Part shown: piece after piece, positions 51,654 through 64,000 of the stretch
Numbering within the stretch: the first letter of the stretch is position 1
Layout: every line of letters begins with the position of its first letter
Source of the DNA: Chiloscyllium plagiosum
Taxonomy: Eukaryota
Direction: 5' to 3'
DNA length: 64,000 nt
NCBI RefSeq assembly: GCF_004010195.1
Contig: NC_057718.1
Coordinates: 65,105,548-65,169,547 of the forward strand
The notes under the pieces: model-generated
Seen by the model: the letters and a program-made list of their open reading frames with translations, nothing else
What the model was told of the DNA's origin: nothing
The model's database searches: none
Translations under genes and position numbers: made by a program

Positions 51654-53010
51654 TCATAAGGTAGAGGAGCAGAATTAGACCATTCGTTCCAACGAGTCTG
51701 CCAGTTGACCATGGCTGATATGTTTCTCAACCCAGTTCTCCTGCCTTCTCCCTGTGACCCTTGACCCCTTTACTTATCAATACCATATCTATCTCAGTCT
51801 TAAAGACACTCCATTACTTAGCCTCCACGGTCTTCTGCGACAATCGGTTCCACAGATTCACCACCCTCTGACTGAAGAAATTCCTTATCTCAGTTCCAAA
51901 GGATTATCCCTTCGCTCTGGGGTTTTGTCTCCAGTTCTAGTCTCTCCTATCATCTTCTCCATTCCACTCTATGCAGGTGTCTCAGTCTTCTCTAAGTTTC
52001 AGCGAGATCATCCCTCATCCTTCTAAACTCCATTGAGTACAGACCCAAAATTCTCAACTGCTCTGCTTATTACAAGCCCTTGCTCCCTGGATCATCCTTA
52101 TGAAACTCCTGAGGACCCCTTCCAATGCTAGCACATCCTCTCTGAGACACAGGGCCCCAAAACTGCTCACAGTATTCCAAATGCAGAATGACCAGAGCCT
52201 TATATAGCCTTAGCAGTACAGTATATCTCTGCTGTTCTTCTCTAGTCCTTGAAATGAATGCTTACATTCATTTCTTCCTAACTAATAAATGAACCTGTAC
52301 ATTAACACTTGAACTAGGACTCTCAAGTACCCTTGTGCTTCAGGTTTCCAAAGTCTTTTCCCATTTCGAAAATAGACTATGCCTCTATTCTTACTACCTT
52401 TGACCTCAGATTTTCCCACATTATATTCCATTTACGATTTCTTTACCTACTCTTCTGGCCTGTCCAAGTTCTTCTGCAACTGCTCTGCTTCCTCAATACT
52501 ACCTATCCCTCCACCTAACTTTGTGTCATCTACAAACTTAGTAACATTGCCTTTATTTCCTTCATCCAGACCATTAATGAATACTGTGAAAGCTGCATTC
52601 CCAGTACTGACCCCTACGGAACTCCACTTGTCATCAGCTAACATCCTGAAAAAAAAACCTTTATTCACATTCTTTGCCTTCTACCAGTCAGCCAATTCTC
52701 TATCCATGCCAGTACATTGCCTTAAATACCATGCGCTCTTATCTAATTTAGCAGCGTCCTATGTGGTAGCTTGCCAAAGGCTATCTTTGACAAATAGATC
52801 ATGTCCACTGGCTCTTCTTTGTCTAACTTGCTCATTATCGAAGAGATTTGTCAGGCATGACCTTCTCTTGAGATCCCGTGTGACTCAGACCTATTTTACC
52901 AAGACTTCCAAGTATTCTGCAATCTAATCCTTAATAATTGTCTCTCAATTCTTCCCAATGATGAGAGGTCAGGCTAACCAGTCTATAATTTCCTGCCTAA
53001 TGCTCCCTTC
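51654..53010 (-). mobile_element. CR1 RT-3' fragment
   Basis: FINGLDEG..TKFVDDTKLGG, LQKNLDR motifs; CR1 tail at 51654. Confidence 0.85.
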
Positions 53011-53389
53011 CTAAATATTCCTGCTCTTTTTATTCTCATCAATCCCAACTTAACTAAAAATAATTTCTCTAATGCCAGGTAAACTTTGCTCTCAGGTTTC
53101 TCTTAGTTTCCAACATCTTTGCTCTCCACCAACTTGAACGCCCCCAAAACCTGCCATCATCACCATCAACCATTTGTAGTCATATGTATGTCACACTTTT
53201 CAGTTTTCCATCTGTGCCACAGTCCACTGCAGAGAAGCTCCCTCTCACCAAATAAACCCACCAACTGAAGGACCCCTTAAATCAACCAACCAAATATTGA
53301 GACAGACAAGCACCATATTTAAACATCAGTTCATTCTGTTTATAGTTATCAGAACCAATAAATCAGCCATATGTGAATTATCACTACCA

Positions 53390-53946
53390 TGTCATTTTAT
53401 TTTCTGTATTTTTGATTGTGGACTAAAAGGCAAAAGGACTGTGGAAGGAATTGCTACTCACTTGAAAACAAGTTAATGTGTTTACATTGTGGTGTTTACA
53501 TTGCCGCTTTATACAAGCAGTGGGGTGAAGATTATTGTGAATGGTCCAGGATGTGGGTGCAGAGTGAGATTTGGCCAGCAACAAGTAGCTGATTGGTTTG
53601 TGCAATTGTAACCAGTGGATGACCAAAGCTGACGATTGGTTTCTGGGCATCTGAACAAGTTGTGGGTTTGCACCATATAGGGAGAAGCCTTCAGAGTAAT
53701 GGAAGGGAAGGTGGTGTCTTTCTCTCTCTCTCTCTATCTCTTTGTAGTAAAAGTACCTAGTTATTTTCTCCCAGTAAGCTGTTGCCTTTAACCAGTAACA
53801 AAGAGACTTTGTAGTTAATATACCAATCATGCTGTACTCTTGAGAAAAAGAGAAGAAACCAGGTGAAAGGTGATTGAAGAATCAGAAGTTTGAGCACATG
53901 ATAAGAACATTTCAATGCACCTATTGTCTGGTGCTATTGAACTGTA

Positions 53947-53980
<34 letters not shown>

Positions 53981-54170
53981 GTTCTAAAAGGGGCTTAGAG
54001 TTTTAAAGCTAAATGTTGATAGTTCATAGATATTTCTTGCGATTAAAACTTTCTGTTGATCTGTTTCCAACAATTAGGTAAATCAGGGACGTTGTGTGCT
54101 TTTGTAGCAACCCTGAGAGGAGTGAGGCTTGAGCATCAGCACACTTTTCTTTCCCAACAGGGTCATAACA
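53390..54170 (+). mobile_element. Possible solo LTR containing (TG)n
   Basis: Ends gggtcataaca; tgtcat start; attaaa at ~54042; boundaries uncertain, no TSD. Confidence 0.3.
53949..53978. repeat. (TG)n microsatellite
   Basis: ~15 TG units. Confidence 0.95.
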
Positions 54171-54590
54171 GAACACAATGAACAATAGGGAACACTTTGC
54201 TAATCAAAAGGTGTTATACAAATAAAGTTGCTGTTGCAACTAGATCATGAAAATCTTGAAAAGCCCCATACGTTTGACCAGCAGTGAAAAGTTTACATTT
54301 CCAGTGCCGGTTGGAATCTATTATTACATACAGTAACTAATGCTCTAAATAAATGGACAACAGGTAGTTGTCTGCCCAGAAAATGCATCTAAAAGCCCTC
54401 AAAATGGTAAAGACAGAGGTAACCATTTTGAATTTGTTATCCAGTTCCTAAATTTCATGTAATTTAGCTTGGAAATGCAAGTGCAGAAAAACATTTTGTT
54501 TCAAAGGAGGTGCAGCAGCAGATATGCTTTGGAGTCAGAATCTACAAAGAGTTGCTGCTCTAATTACTAAGTCTGTCTCTAATGTTATTG

Positions 54591-54764
54591 AGGCAGCATC
54601 CAGGGAATAGGAGAGTCGACGTTTCGGGCATAAGCCCTTCCTGAAGAAGGGCTTATGCCCGAAACGTCGACTCTCCTATTCCCTGGATGCTGCCTGACCT
54701 GCTGCGCTTTTCCAGCAACACATTTCCAGCTCTAATCTCCAGCATCTGCAGACCTCACTTTCTC
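54591..54764 (+). mobile_element. Young short fold-back PLE-derived element
   Basis: Perfect 50-bp inverted arms; 15-bp TSD ctctaatgttattga 54577-54591 and 54765-54779. Confidence 0.92.
54641..54672 (+). ncRNA. Minimal hammerhead core with intact conserved nucleotides
   Basis: ctgaaga-a-gggc-ttat-gccc-gaa-acgt-c-gact; 5' strand of stem I replaced by the inversion junction. Confidence 0.75.
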
Positions 54765-54779
54765 CTCTAATGTTATTGA

Positions 54780-55043
54780 TCCAACTCTTCTTACTTATCT
54801 GCTCCACCCTTCCCACTGGCCAATACAATAACCCCCTACCTGCATCTACCTATCACTGTCACATCTACTTTCCCCCCAGACCCAACCCTCCCTCTCTTTA
54901 TTTCTGAGCACCCTTCCCCTTCCCCAGTCTTGACCCAAAACAGCGACTTTCCTGCTCTTCCAATGCTGTCTGACCTGTTATGCTTTTCCTGCTCCACATT
55001 TTATCGACTCTGACTTCCAGCATCTGCAGTCCTTACTATCTCC
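54780..55043 (+). mobile_element. PLE 3' fragment (family of 3632-4673), ribozyme core deleted
   Basis: Similar to 4390-4673; ends cagcatctgcagtccttactatctcc. Confidence 0.75.
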
Positions 55044-56685
55044 TTCTAGTGACAAGCTCCTTCTTGCCTGCTCATGTTGCTCCTTCAGAGGCAGGAGCTA
55101 TGGTTGGTGGAGCAACAATGGTGAAAAAGAGGCGAGCTGTGATAGAAGGAGCTGAGCAGCAACATTGTGGTGGGGATGGGGGTGTGGGCAGTGGTGAGAA
55201 AGAGAAAGGGGTTTCTGACCATGTACACGTGTGTGCATGTGTGTGTGTGAATATATGTATGAGAGAAAGAGACAGAGAGAGAGGGAGAGAAAGAAAGAGC
55301 AGGGAATTGACAATAGAAGGAGGTCTCTTAGGGTCAGATAGATGGTGAGGGAATCAAGCAACAATTGCAGCTTATTGTATATAAGGTATTAGGTTTTGAA
55401 TAGGTTAATGCTGAGGAGTGCATTAAGTACTGTCCAATCTATTGAATTCATATTGACTTGGGCAGAAGAACAGCTGTAGTTGGAAGATGATGGATCTACT
55501 AATTTTGACTCTGTCACAATCTTTGTAACAATGCATATCATACCAGTGCAACTTGTACTTGATTAATAATGCCCAATAGACTTGTTGAAAACTGAAATGC
55601 CTTGCAAAACATCATAAGCTGTGGTGAGGATTCATCATACTGAACAAATTATTTTGTTGACTTCTATGATTTCCCAACATATTTTGTTTTAAAGGTTTTT
55701 TTTCTTCTAAAATCCTCCTCCTGAACTGTTTTCATACTATTGCTGGAACAATAAGCAAACCAAAAAAAAATCAAATCAAATGGTTTTTATCCTTTTTTAT
55801 GCTTGTCCAAAAATAATTTTGAAAGTAGAGCTTAAAATTGACAAATCTCTCTTGAGGTAAAGAGAGAAAATTATTGTGAGCGAAATCCAGTTTTTCTTTG
55901 ATTTTTCTCAAACTTATAGACATGTCACAAATGATTGCTAGTGTGAGCATCTTTTTTAATAAACATGTGTGAAAAAAATTTGCAAGTCAAGTTGGTCCTT
56001 TAAGGGAGGTTTAGAGTAAATTTGTAAATTCCTGTGTTGAGAATAGTTTGACTTCCATCTTAAATCCTTTGACCAAAGGAGAGCCTGACAACAAAAATGT
56101 AGTCTCTGAAAATCAAAAATGGTTATCAAGAAAATCTCAGAGCCTTCAAAAAGACAAAAAAATTGACGTCTGACTGTAACCATGTATTAGAAAGGGGAAG
56201 AAGTCAGTTCAATAGGCTGATCAATAGGCTATGATGGAAAATAGGCATTTGGTTATAGCATGATGACCAGGTAAGTTGAATATCTTTCAAGAACTCATTA
56301 ACTCAGTACAAAGAATAACCTTTTGCCCAAATGTCCAAAGGGTTCCCAAAGAGCAGTTAGAGAAACATACCCCAATACCCGAAAGTTATTTTTGATTTCC
56401 AGCTAAGCAAAGATAGTGAGTTTCAACTTCAAAACACTGCATATTTAAGTCACTATACAAATTAACAAATGTGCATCTGGACTCTTGGACAATAATACCT
56501 CAGCCAGCAATAAAAATCAATACACTGCGTATTTTCCCCTTTTCTAGATTATTTGGATTCTTACTCAAATACACACCACAAGCAGTAGAGTCTGGGCACA
56601 AAGCTCTCTAAAATCCCTGTTTTCCATCCATCCTCTATTGTTCAACTCCTTCTAAATGTGTTGTCCCTATGCATGTCCCTATGCA

Positions 56686-57688
56686 GAGCTAAGAGCAGCA
56701 AGGAGGGGACATGAAAGGTCCTTAGTCGGTAGGATTAGGGAAAACCCTAAGGCTTTCTATAGGTATGTTAGGAATAAAAGAATGACTAGGGTAGGAATAA
56801 GTCCAGTCAAGGATAGTAGTGGGAAGTTGCGTGTGGAGGCGGAAGAGATTGGGGAGACACTGAATGAATACTTTTCTTCAGTATTTACTCAGGAACAGGG
56901 CATTGTCGTCGATGTGAATACTGAGTCACAAATAAGTAGAATGGATGGCTTTGAGGTATGTAGAGAAGAGGTGTTGGAAATCCTGGAAAAGGTGAAAATA
57001 GATAAGTCCCCTGGGCCTGATGGCATTTATCCTAGGATTCTCTGGGAAGCAAGGGAGGAGATTGCAGAGCCATTGGCCTTGATTTTTATGTCCTCTTTGT
57101 CTACAGGAGTAGTCCCAGAAGACTGGAGGATAGCAAATGTGGTTCCCTTGTTCAAAAAGGGGAGTAGGGATAACCCTAGTAACTATAGGCCGGTGAGTCT
57201 CACTTCCGTTGTGGGCAAAGTCTTAGAGAGAATTGTAAGGGATAGGATTTATGAACATCTGGATAGGAATAATGTAATCAAGGATAGTCAGCATGGTTTT
57301 GTGAAGGGCAAGTCGTGCCTCACAAACCTTATTGAATTCTTTGAAAAGGTGACGAAGGAGGTTGATGAGGGGAAAGCGGTAGATGTGGTATATATGGATT
57401 TTAGTAAGGCGTTTGATAAGGTTCCCCATGGTAGACTACTGCAAAAAAATACGGAGGTATGGCATTGAGGATGAGTTGGAGGTTTGGATTAGGAGTTGGC
57501 TGGCTGGAAGAAGACAGAGGGTAGTAGTTGATGGCAAAGTTCCTTCATGGAGTGCCGTCACTAGCGGTGTTCCGCAAGGATCTGTTTTAGGACCATTGCT
57601 GTTTGTCATTTTTATAAATGACCTGGAAGAGGGGTTAGAAGGTTGGGTGAGCAAGTTTGCGGATGATACGAAAGTCGAAGGAGTTGTG
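56686..57688 (+). mobile_element. Young CR1 ORF2 RT fragment (open ~250 codons, one frameshift at A7 run ~57443)
   Basis: [73 protein letters not shown]. Confidence 0.95.
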
Positions 57689-57892
57689 AGAAACTCATTA
57701 ATACGCAGAAACTAATACAGACATGGAATGTCTGTCGGTATTTCTCTTGCTCCAGGGTGACCTTGTCAGCATTTCACTTGCTTTGTCTGGTGGGTGTCAG
57801 TATTTAAGTCTGTCCTCAGGGAGTGTGTGAATAGTGCACTTCCTCACAATAGTGAGTGAATCGGTATTTCTGTGTGGTGTGTGACTGTAGGA

Positions 57893-58255
57893 CAATTTCA
57901 AAATATGCAGATACTAAACCTGGAAGAATTATAATGTTTGTGATGGACAGTGTGGAACTCCAACAGGACAGTGACACATTGGTGTAGTTTTCAGGTTTAT
58001 GGCAGATGAGGATTAATGCAGAGCAGTGTGAGGTGATGCACTTCGGTAGGAAGGACATTGAAATACAGTATAAAACAGGCTGTAAGGTTAGCAGTGGTGG
58101 ACTCTCCCTCTTTATGGGCATTTAAGCGGGCATTGGATAGGTATATGGAGGATAGTGGGTTAGTATAGGTTAGGTGGGCTTGGATCGGCGCAACATCGAG
58201 GGCCAAAAGGCCTGTACTGTGCTGTATTCTTCTATGTTCTTTTATGTTCTATGTA
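57893..58255 (+). mobile_element. CR1 pieces: older RT segment plus a 3'UTR with (ttctatg)n tail
   Basis: SKYADTKP, WQMRINAEQCEVMHFG; gagggccaaaaggcctgtactgtgctgta..ttctatgttc. Confidence 0.8.
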
Positions 58256-59645
58256 TTCAATATGGTGGGTGAAATGGCCATATCCTAAAATTTTCATTTA
58301 TATACAATGAATTAATATGAAGAATGTAAGCTTCAGTCCACAAATATATTTATCATAAACAGTGCAAATGAAAAGAGGGAACTACTGAGCCTGGGTAAAC
58401 TGTTGTTAATCAATAACATGTATCTAGCTTTTTGTTGAAAAATTATATTTGACCCAACACAGTGATAAAGGGAACAATAGGTAAATTTCAAATCCTGATA
58501 AGGCACTGATAGGGCACCTGATGAATGATGAAATAAAAAAGGGCGATTATGAAATGGTCATTAGGGAAGCTGCCTTACATGCAACACTGCAATATTTGAT
58601 GTTGAAGCTTATCTAATCTTTATCTTAAGTAGGTTGTACAGCATACCTAAGACAATGTGGGAATAGTTTCAGGACAAACATTTATGGACTATTTAGATTA
58701 ATTATGTGAAGCCTCTTGGGCCTCTCATTTATCCATGACATTTTAGTTATTTTCTGCTTAATTTTGGGTGCTTCAGTATTCTGGAGTGTTAAATAGACTG
58801 AAGAGTTTCATCGCAGACTCACAACAATTGCTACAGCTTTTGATATTGTTGACTAGATGTGACAGCAATTATTGACTATGGTCTATCCAAATGATTATTG
58901 CGTTCAATTCACATACCAATAGAAAAGTGATTTAACACCCATTTCTATCTGTATTACCATACAATATTGAATAAAATACATATGATGGTAAGCGATATAT
59001 GATCTAAAAACCAACTTAAGGAAGTGCACTTGACTGCAGGCCAATTTGCACAAAACAATTTTCCATTTTTTCTCATAATCAGACCTTCCCCTTTCACTGA
59101 CCTGGGAAGTAGTTGGCTCTGCTCTATTGCTGCAAGGTCACGAGACTCACTTTAGATTTGTCTCACTGCACCTCCTGTTCCCACATAGTACATATTCCTA
59201 CTCTCAGCTCCAAAGAGTTTAAATTTTGCTGGAAGCTGGTAAAAATGACAAGTGTGAGGTTGATCCCCAAAATAGTTCACTGGAAGAATAAGTGAGGAAA
59301 TGAGTCAGGGACTAATTTTTCAACCAAAGTAGAATAATCTTATGCTGTGAAATCAATGATCCCGTTTATTTGAATACATCTAAAGCTGCTGATAGGAACT
59401 GAACTTGTAATTGATTGAAGAGTTTTCCATCAAAGAGGTAACTGCACCAAAAGGAGCTCTTACTGGAATGACAAGACCCAAAATTAAATGTAATGTAGGT
59501 CTTCACTAAAAATCAAGTGATTGTGAGTTAATTTCAAAAAGGAGCAAGTGGAAACTATGCTCAGCAACAGTCACCCCTCTACTTTTCTGTGTCACTCATC
59601 TTGAAAGATTCATGTCATAAAACCTCTGACAACAAGGTGGTTTCA

Positions 59646-59659
59646 GTTACTATAGCAAC
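59646..59659. promoter_or_regulatory. RFX X-box-like palindrome
   Basis: gttactatagcaac fits GTTRCYATRGYAAC. Confidence 0.3.
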
Positions 59660-61313
59660 ACTGCAGCTGGTTTGTTCCTCTGAATGCTTTCAGCCAAATC
59701 ACTCGGGACAACATACTGTGGATATTCTTTTGAATCTTATATTCTGCTCCTTCATGACAGTTCAATGAAGTCAAAATACAAATGTTCATGGTTAGAAGCC
59801 TTTATCTGTAAAATAACATTCTTTAATGCAAAGGGAGAACCAATTCAACTCTTTAGTTTGAAAAGACCCCTTGTGAGGATTATTTCTATGGCATCATTAA
59901 TGTTGAGATGCTGAAGTGATGAAAGCTCTCAGTGCATTTGGATGTCATTTACACAGATAGAACTACGTGGATATAAGATCTGCAGCATGTTGACACTGAT
60001 CACAGGTTCCCTTTTCAACTTCCTGACCATAAATAAACTCCAAGTGACTTTCAATATGCCTTCATATAGACGTCAGAGCAATAAAGCAAATTATTCCTTG
60101 GCAACATGACACCATTTCAATAAAATATTAGAAATAAAATAATAACTCCACAAGAAGGCTCAATATGCACCCACCAGTGTCCAAAGACTTAGAGAAGCAT
60201 CAGGCAAATCTCACTCTCAGCAGCAATGCAAGGTTTCCAGAGGGAGTGCATCTAAACACAGTGAGTCCCAGATCGTCAGTTCAATCTACTAAAGACACTG
60301 CACTAATTTCATCATATCATATTTGCTCTTATCAATTGGTCAAAAGAGTAAGAACTTCTTGGCCAACCTTGCAGGATAGAGGAAATCAGTAGTAATGTAC
60401 AATTATCTTGGCCACCTCACAACTCACTGGCAGGTAACATCACTGACCAATTCCACATTGTTCAGGTCGGGGAAGCACCATTGTAACCAATTATAAGAGG
60501 AAAAGGGAACATCCTAGTCATAAGGTATTAGACATTGCTACTGCATTCAAACCTTCATATGCAAGTTTCCACCTTTGTAAGGAATCCTTGTATCATCTTG
60601 AGGCAAATTAACAGCAGCAAATGTACAGATACAGTGCACTGTTCCTCACATTACTGTTTAATAATAGCTGATGATTTAAAAATGTTATTATGTCATTTAA
60701 ATCCCAGATGAGCAATTCAACAATTTTAATTAACTATCACAGAACACTTTGTTTCACAAGGTCAGAGTCCTGATTATTGGCTTACCAGTTTCTTTAATTA
60801 ATAATACAGTAAAAAGACATTTATCATTTATTGGTCATGACAAACCAAAAATGGAAGGTGTATAACAGATGAGTCAGCGCATTTGTACCGTTGCTGTCAA
60901 AGGCTATATGATTACACTACTATAACGCAGGCAATGAGACAGCTTCCAATATGGAGGTTGTATTTGTGCTGGTCTAGCACCTTTGTCACAGCACATAACA
61001 TGCTGAACAATTTCTTTCTCCAGCTCCATCTCTCTTCTGAATGTACAGCACACATTCTTCTGTTGAACAGGCTGCAGCCTGCAAGTGTATTCAAATCTAC
61101 CTTTCATTAACTTTTTTACAACTTAATCAGAGAAAAAAACTGTCAGAAAACAACAGTCATGACTGGAACTGATGTAGGATATTCATTAATTTCTTGAAAA
61201 AAAAACATATTAATAAAAATACATCTTAATCTACTTTTGCCACTCTTCCATATCAGTGCAATACAGATCCTAACAACTCACCCTGTAAAAAAAATTCTCT
61301 TCATCTCACTTCT

Positions 61314-63145
61314 AAATTGGAGAAAAGCCAATTTTCACAGTATTAGGCAAGAACTTTCAAAAGCTGATTGGAGGCAGATGTTCGCAGGGAAAGGGACGGC
61401 TGGAAAATGGGAAGCCTTCAGAAATGAGATAACAAAAATCCCGAGAAAGTATATTTCTGTCAGGGTGAAAGGGAAGGCTAGTAGGTATAGGAAATGCTGG
61501 ATGACTAAAGGAATTGAGGGTTTGGTTAAGAAAAAGAAGGAAGCATATGTCAGGTATAGACNNNNNNNNNNNNNNNNNNNNNNNNNNNNNNNNNNNNNNN
61601 NNNNNNNNNNNNNNNNNNNNNNNNNNNNNNNNNNNNNNNNNNNNNNNNNNNNNNNNNNNNNNNNNNNNNNNNNNNNNNNNNNNNNNNNNNNNNNNNNNNN
61701 NNNNNNNNNNNNNNNNNNNNNNNNNNNNNNNNNNNNNNNNNNNNNNNNNNNNNNNNNNNNNNNNNNNNNNNNNNNNNNNNNNNNNNNNNNNNNNNNNNNN
61801 NNNNNNNNNNNNNNNNNNNNNNNNNNNNNNNNNNNNNNNNNNNNNNNNNNNNNNNNNNNNNNNNNNNNNNNNNNNNNNNNNNNNNNNNNNNNNNNNNNNN
61901 NNNNNNNNNNNNNNNNNNNNNNNNNNNNNNNNNNNNNNNNNNNNNNNNNNNNNNNNNNNNNNNNNNNNNNNNNNNNNNNNNNNNNNNNNNNNNNNNNNNN
62001 NNNNNNNNNNNNNNNNNNNNNNNNNNNNNNNNNNNNNNNNNNNNNNNNNNNNNNNNNNNNNNNNNNNNNNNNNNNNNNNNNNNNNNNNNNNNNNNNNNNN
62101 NNNNNNNNNNNNNNNACAAGGTTCCCCATGGGAGATTGATTAGCAAGGTTAGATCTCATGGAATAGAGGGAGAACTAGACATTTGGATACAGAACTGGCT
62201 CAAAGGTAGAAGACAGAGGGTGGTGGAGGGTAGTTTTTCAGACTGGAGGCCTGTGACCAATGGAGTGCCACAAGGATCTGTGCTGGGCCCTCTACTTTTT
62301 GTCATTTACATAAATGATTTGGATGCGAGTATGTAAGGTACAGTTAGTAAGTTTGCAGATGACACCAAAATTGGAGGTGTCGTGGACAGCGAAGAGGGTT
62401 ACCTCAGATTACAACAGGATCTGGACCAGATGGGCCAATGGGCTGAGAAGTGGCAGATGGAGTTTAATTCAGATAAATGCTAGGTGCACAGGTGGATAGA
62501 GTGGTCAACAAGGTATATGGTATGTTTGCCTTCATCGGACGGGGTATTGAGTATAACAGCTAGCAGGTCATGTTAAAATTGCACAAGATTTTGGTTCAGC
62601 TGCATTTAGAATACTGTGTACAGTTCTGGTCGCCACATTACCAAAGGATATGGATGCTTTGGAGAGGGTGCAGAGAAGATTTGTGAGGATGTTGCCTAGT
62701 ATGGAAGGTGCTAGCTATGAAGAGAGGTTGAGTAGGTTAGATTTGTTTTCATTAGAAAAAAGGAGATTGAGGTGGCTCCTGGTTGAGGTTTACAAAATCA
62801 TGAGGGGTATAGACAGGGTAGATAGAGATAAGATTTTTCCCAGCGTGAGGGATTCAATAACGAGAGGTCACGCATTCAAGGTGAGAGGTGGAAAGTTTAA
62901 GGGGGATATACGCGGTAAGTACTTCACACAGAGGGTGGTACGTGCCTGGAACGCGTTGCCAGCAGAGGTAGTAGAGGCAGGCACTGTAGATTCATTTAAG
63001 GTGTATCTGGACAGATGCATGAGTAGGTGGGGAGCAGAGGGACACAGATGCTTAGGAATTGGGCAACAGGTTTAGCCAGTGGATTTGGATCAGCTCAGGC
63101 TTGGAGGGCCTATTCCTGGGCTGTAAATTTTCTTTGTTCTTCTTC
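61314..63145 (+). mobile_element. CR1 ORF2 linker-RT-3' (10923 family up to ~62486, different 3' subfamily after), spanning gap
   Basis: [64 protein letters not shown]. Confidence 0.92.
61562..62115. other. Assembly gap (554 N)
   Basis: N run. Confidence 1.
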
Positions 63146-64000
63146 TTTGCTCAGTGTCGGTAAGGTATGGCAGCAGCAGAGCTCGGTTTCTCCTGGGGCA
63201 TTGGCACCATTATTGCTGTTTCTGGAGCGGGACTCCTTAAGGACCGGAACATCATGCAGAAATCTTGTAGAAGCCCTGAGCTTGTGCTTGACCCCAATTT
63301 AAACTGAAGACAAACTCTTATTTAGGTAATTTCATTTTATTCTTATTGTATCACAAAAAAGCACTGGATTTGGTGACAAAACACTTTTCACTGTATCTTC
63401 AAGATATAAATGACAATAAATAAATCATTCATCATTCAACAAAGATTATCTCATGTAAGTACAGCCAATCATTTTACTCCCCACCCTCATGTAGCACCTC
63501 AGGTTTTCTGACTTGGTCTCGAGAACATAGGATCTTTCATATATTTTTCACCAAATGGATTTGTTCCTTGAATCATCTACAGTGGTACCTCCACTCCATC
63601 TGAGTACCCAAAGAGACAGTCATTACCAAATAGAAGAACCTCCTTAGCTAGGTTTATTGCAGTTTTCATGGGACAGATTCCCCACAGAATGTATTTGACT
63701 TTTTCAATAAATTCTCTGGCAAAACTCAAGCATGGCCATATAATTGTCTAATTCTGCTTTAATCTTGTCTTCAACGCTCTATCCTGTTTAACAGTATTGC
63801 ACTCACACAGCTGTTTATAAACAGGCCACCTGTGTTTGCTAGCCTGCTGCAGCTTTTCATTGGTCTTTACAACAATAGGTTCTTCGTCTTCAGCTGCGGG
63901 GCTTTTGTTGTCCTGCCTCTAGGTCAAGGGTTGCTATGTTACAAGAACTAGTATTTCACGTCACTTAAAACAAAGTATAGTTGTCCCTTTACTTTTGATG

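Noticed and set aside
56656..57468. 270-aa ORF as a host gene
   Set aside because: It is CR1 ORF2 RT; the N-terminal MCCPYACPY comes from flanking duplication and the C-terminus is frameshifted
63750..63920. Minus-strand ~56-codon open frame (RQDNKSPAAEDEEPIVVK...) as an exon
   Set aside because: No recognisable homology and a weak splice acceptor; needs RNA-seq or tBLASTn
1..64000. CRISPR arrays or prokaryotic operons
   Set aside because: No regularly spaced repeats or gene-dense coding; content is vertebrate retrotransposon DNA

Overview
Vertebrate non-coding DNA, most likely from a cartilaginous fish (inferred from HE1-type tRNA SINEs and shark-type CR1 and Penelope-like families). It has three N gaps and no host exon I can support. 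All recognisable ORFs are decayed transposon fragments: CR1 LINEs (one near full length with a Zn-finger/esterase ORF1), a second CR1/L2-group LINE family, L2, RTE, a Gypsy pol remnant, solo LTRs, HE1 SINEs and many Penelope-like elements (PLEs, RT + GIY-YIG). The most notable structure is a recurring set of PLE-derived fold-back (inverted-repeat) insertions from at least three unrelated sequence families, 66 bp to 2.5 kb long, flanked by 9-15 bp target-site duplications. Most have an unpaired 34-42 nt 3' tail and a minimal hammerhead ribozyme motif (CUGANGA / stem II / GAAA / palindromic stem III) whose stems covary. In the short copies the fold-back hinge sits at the ribozyme.
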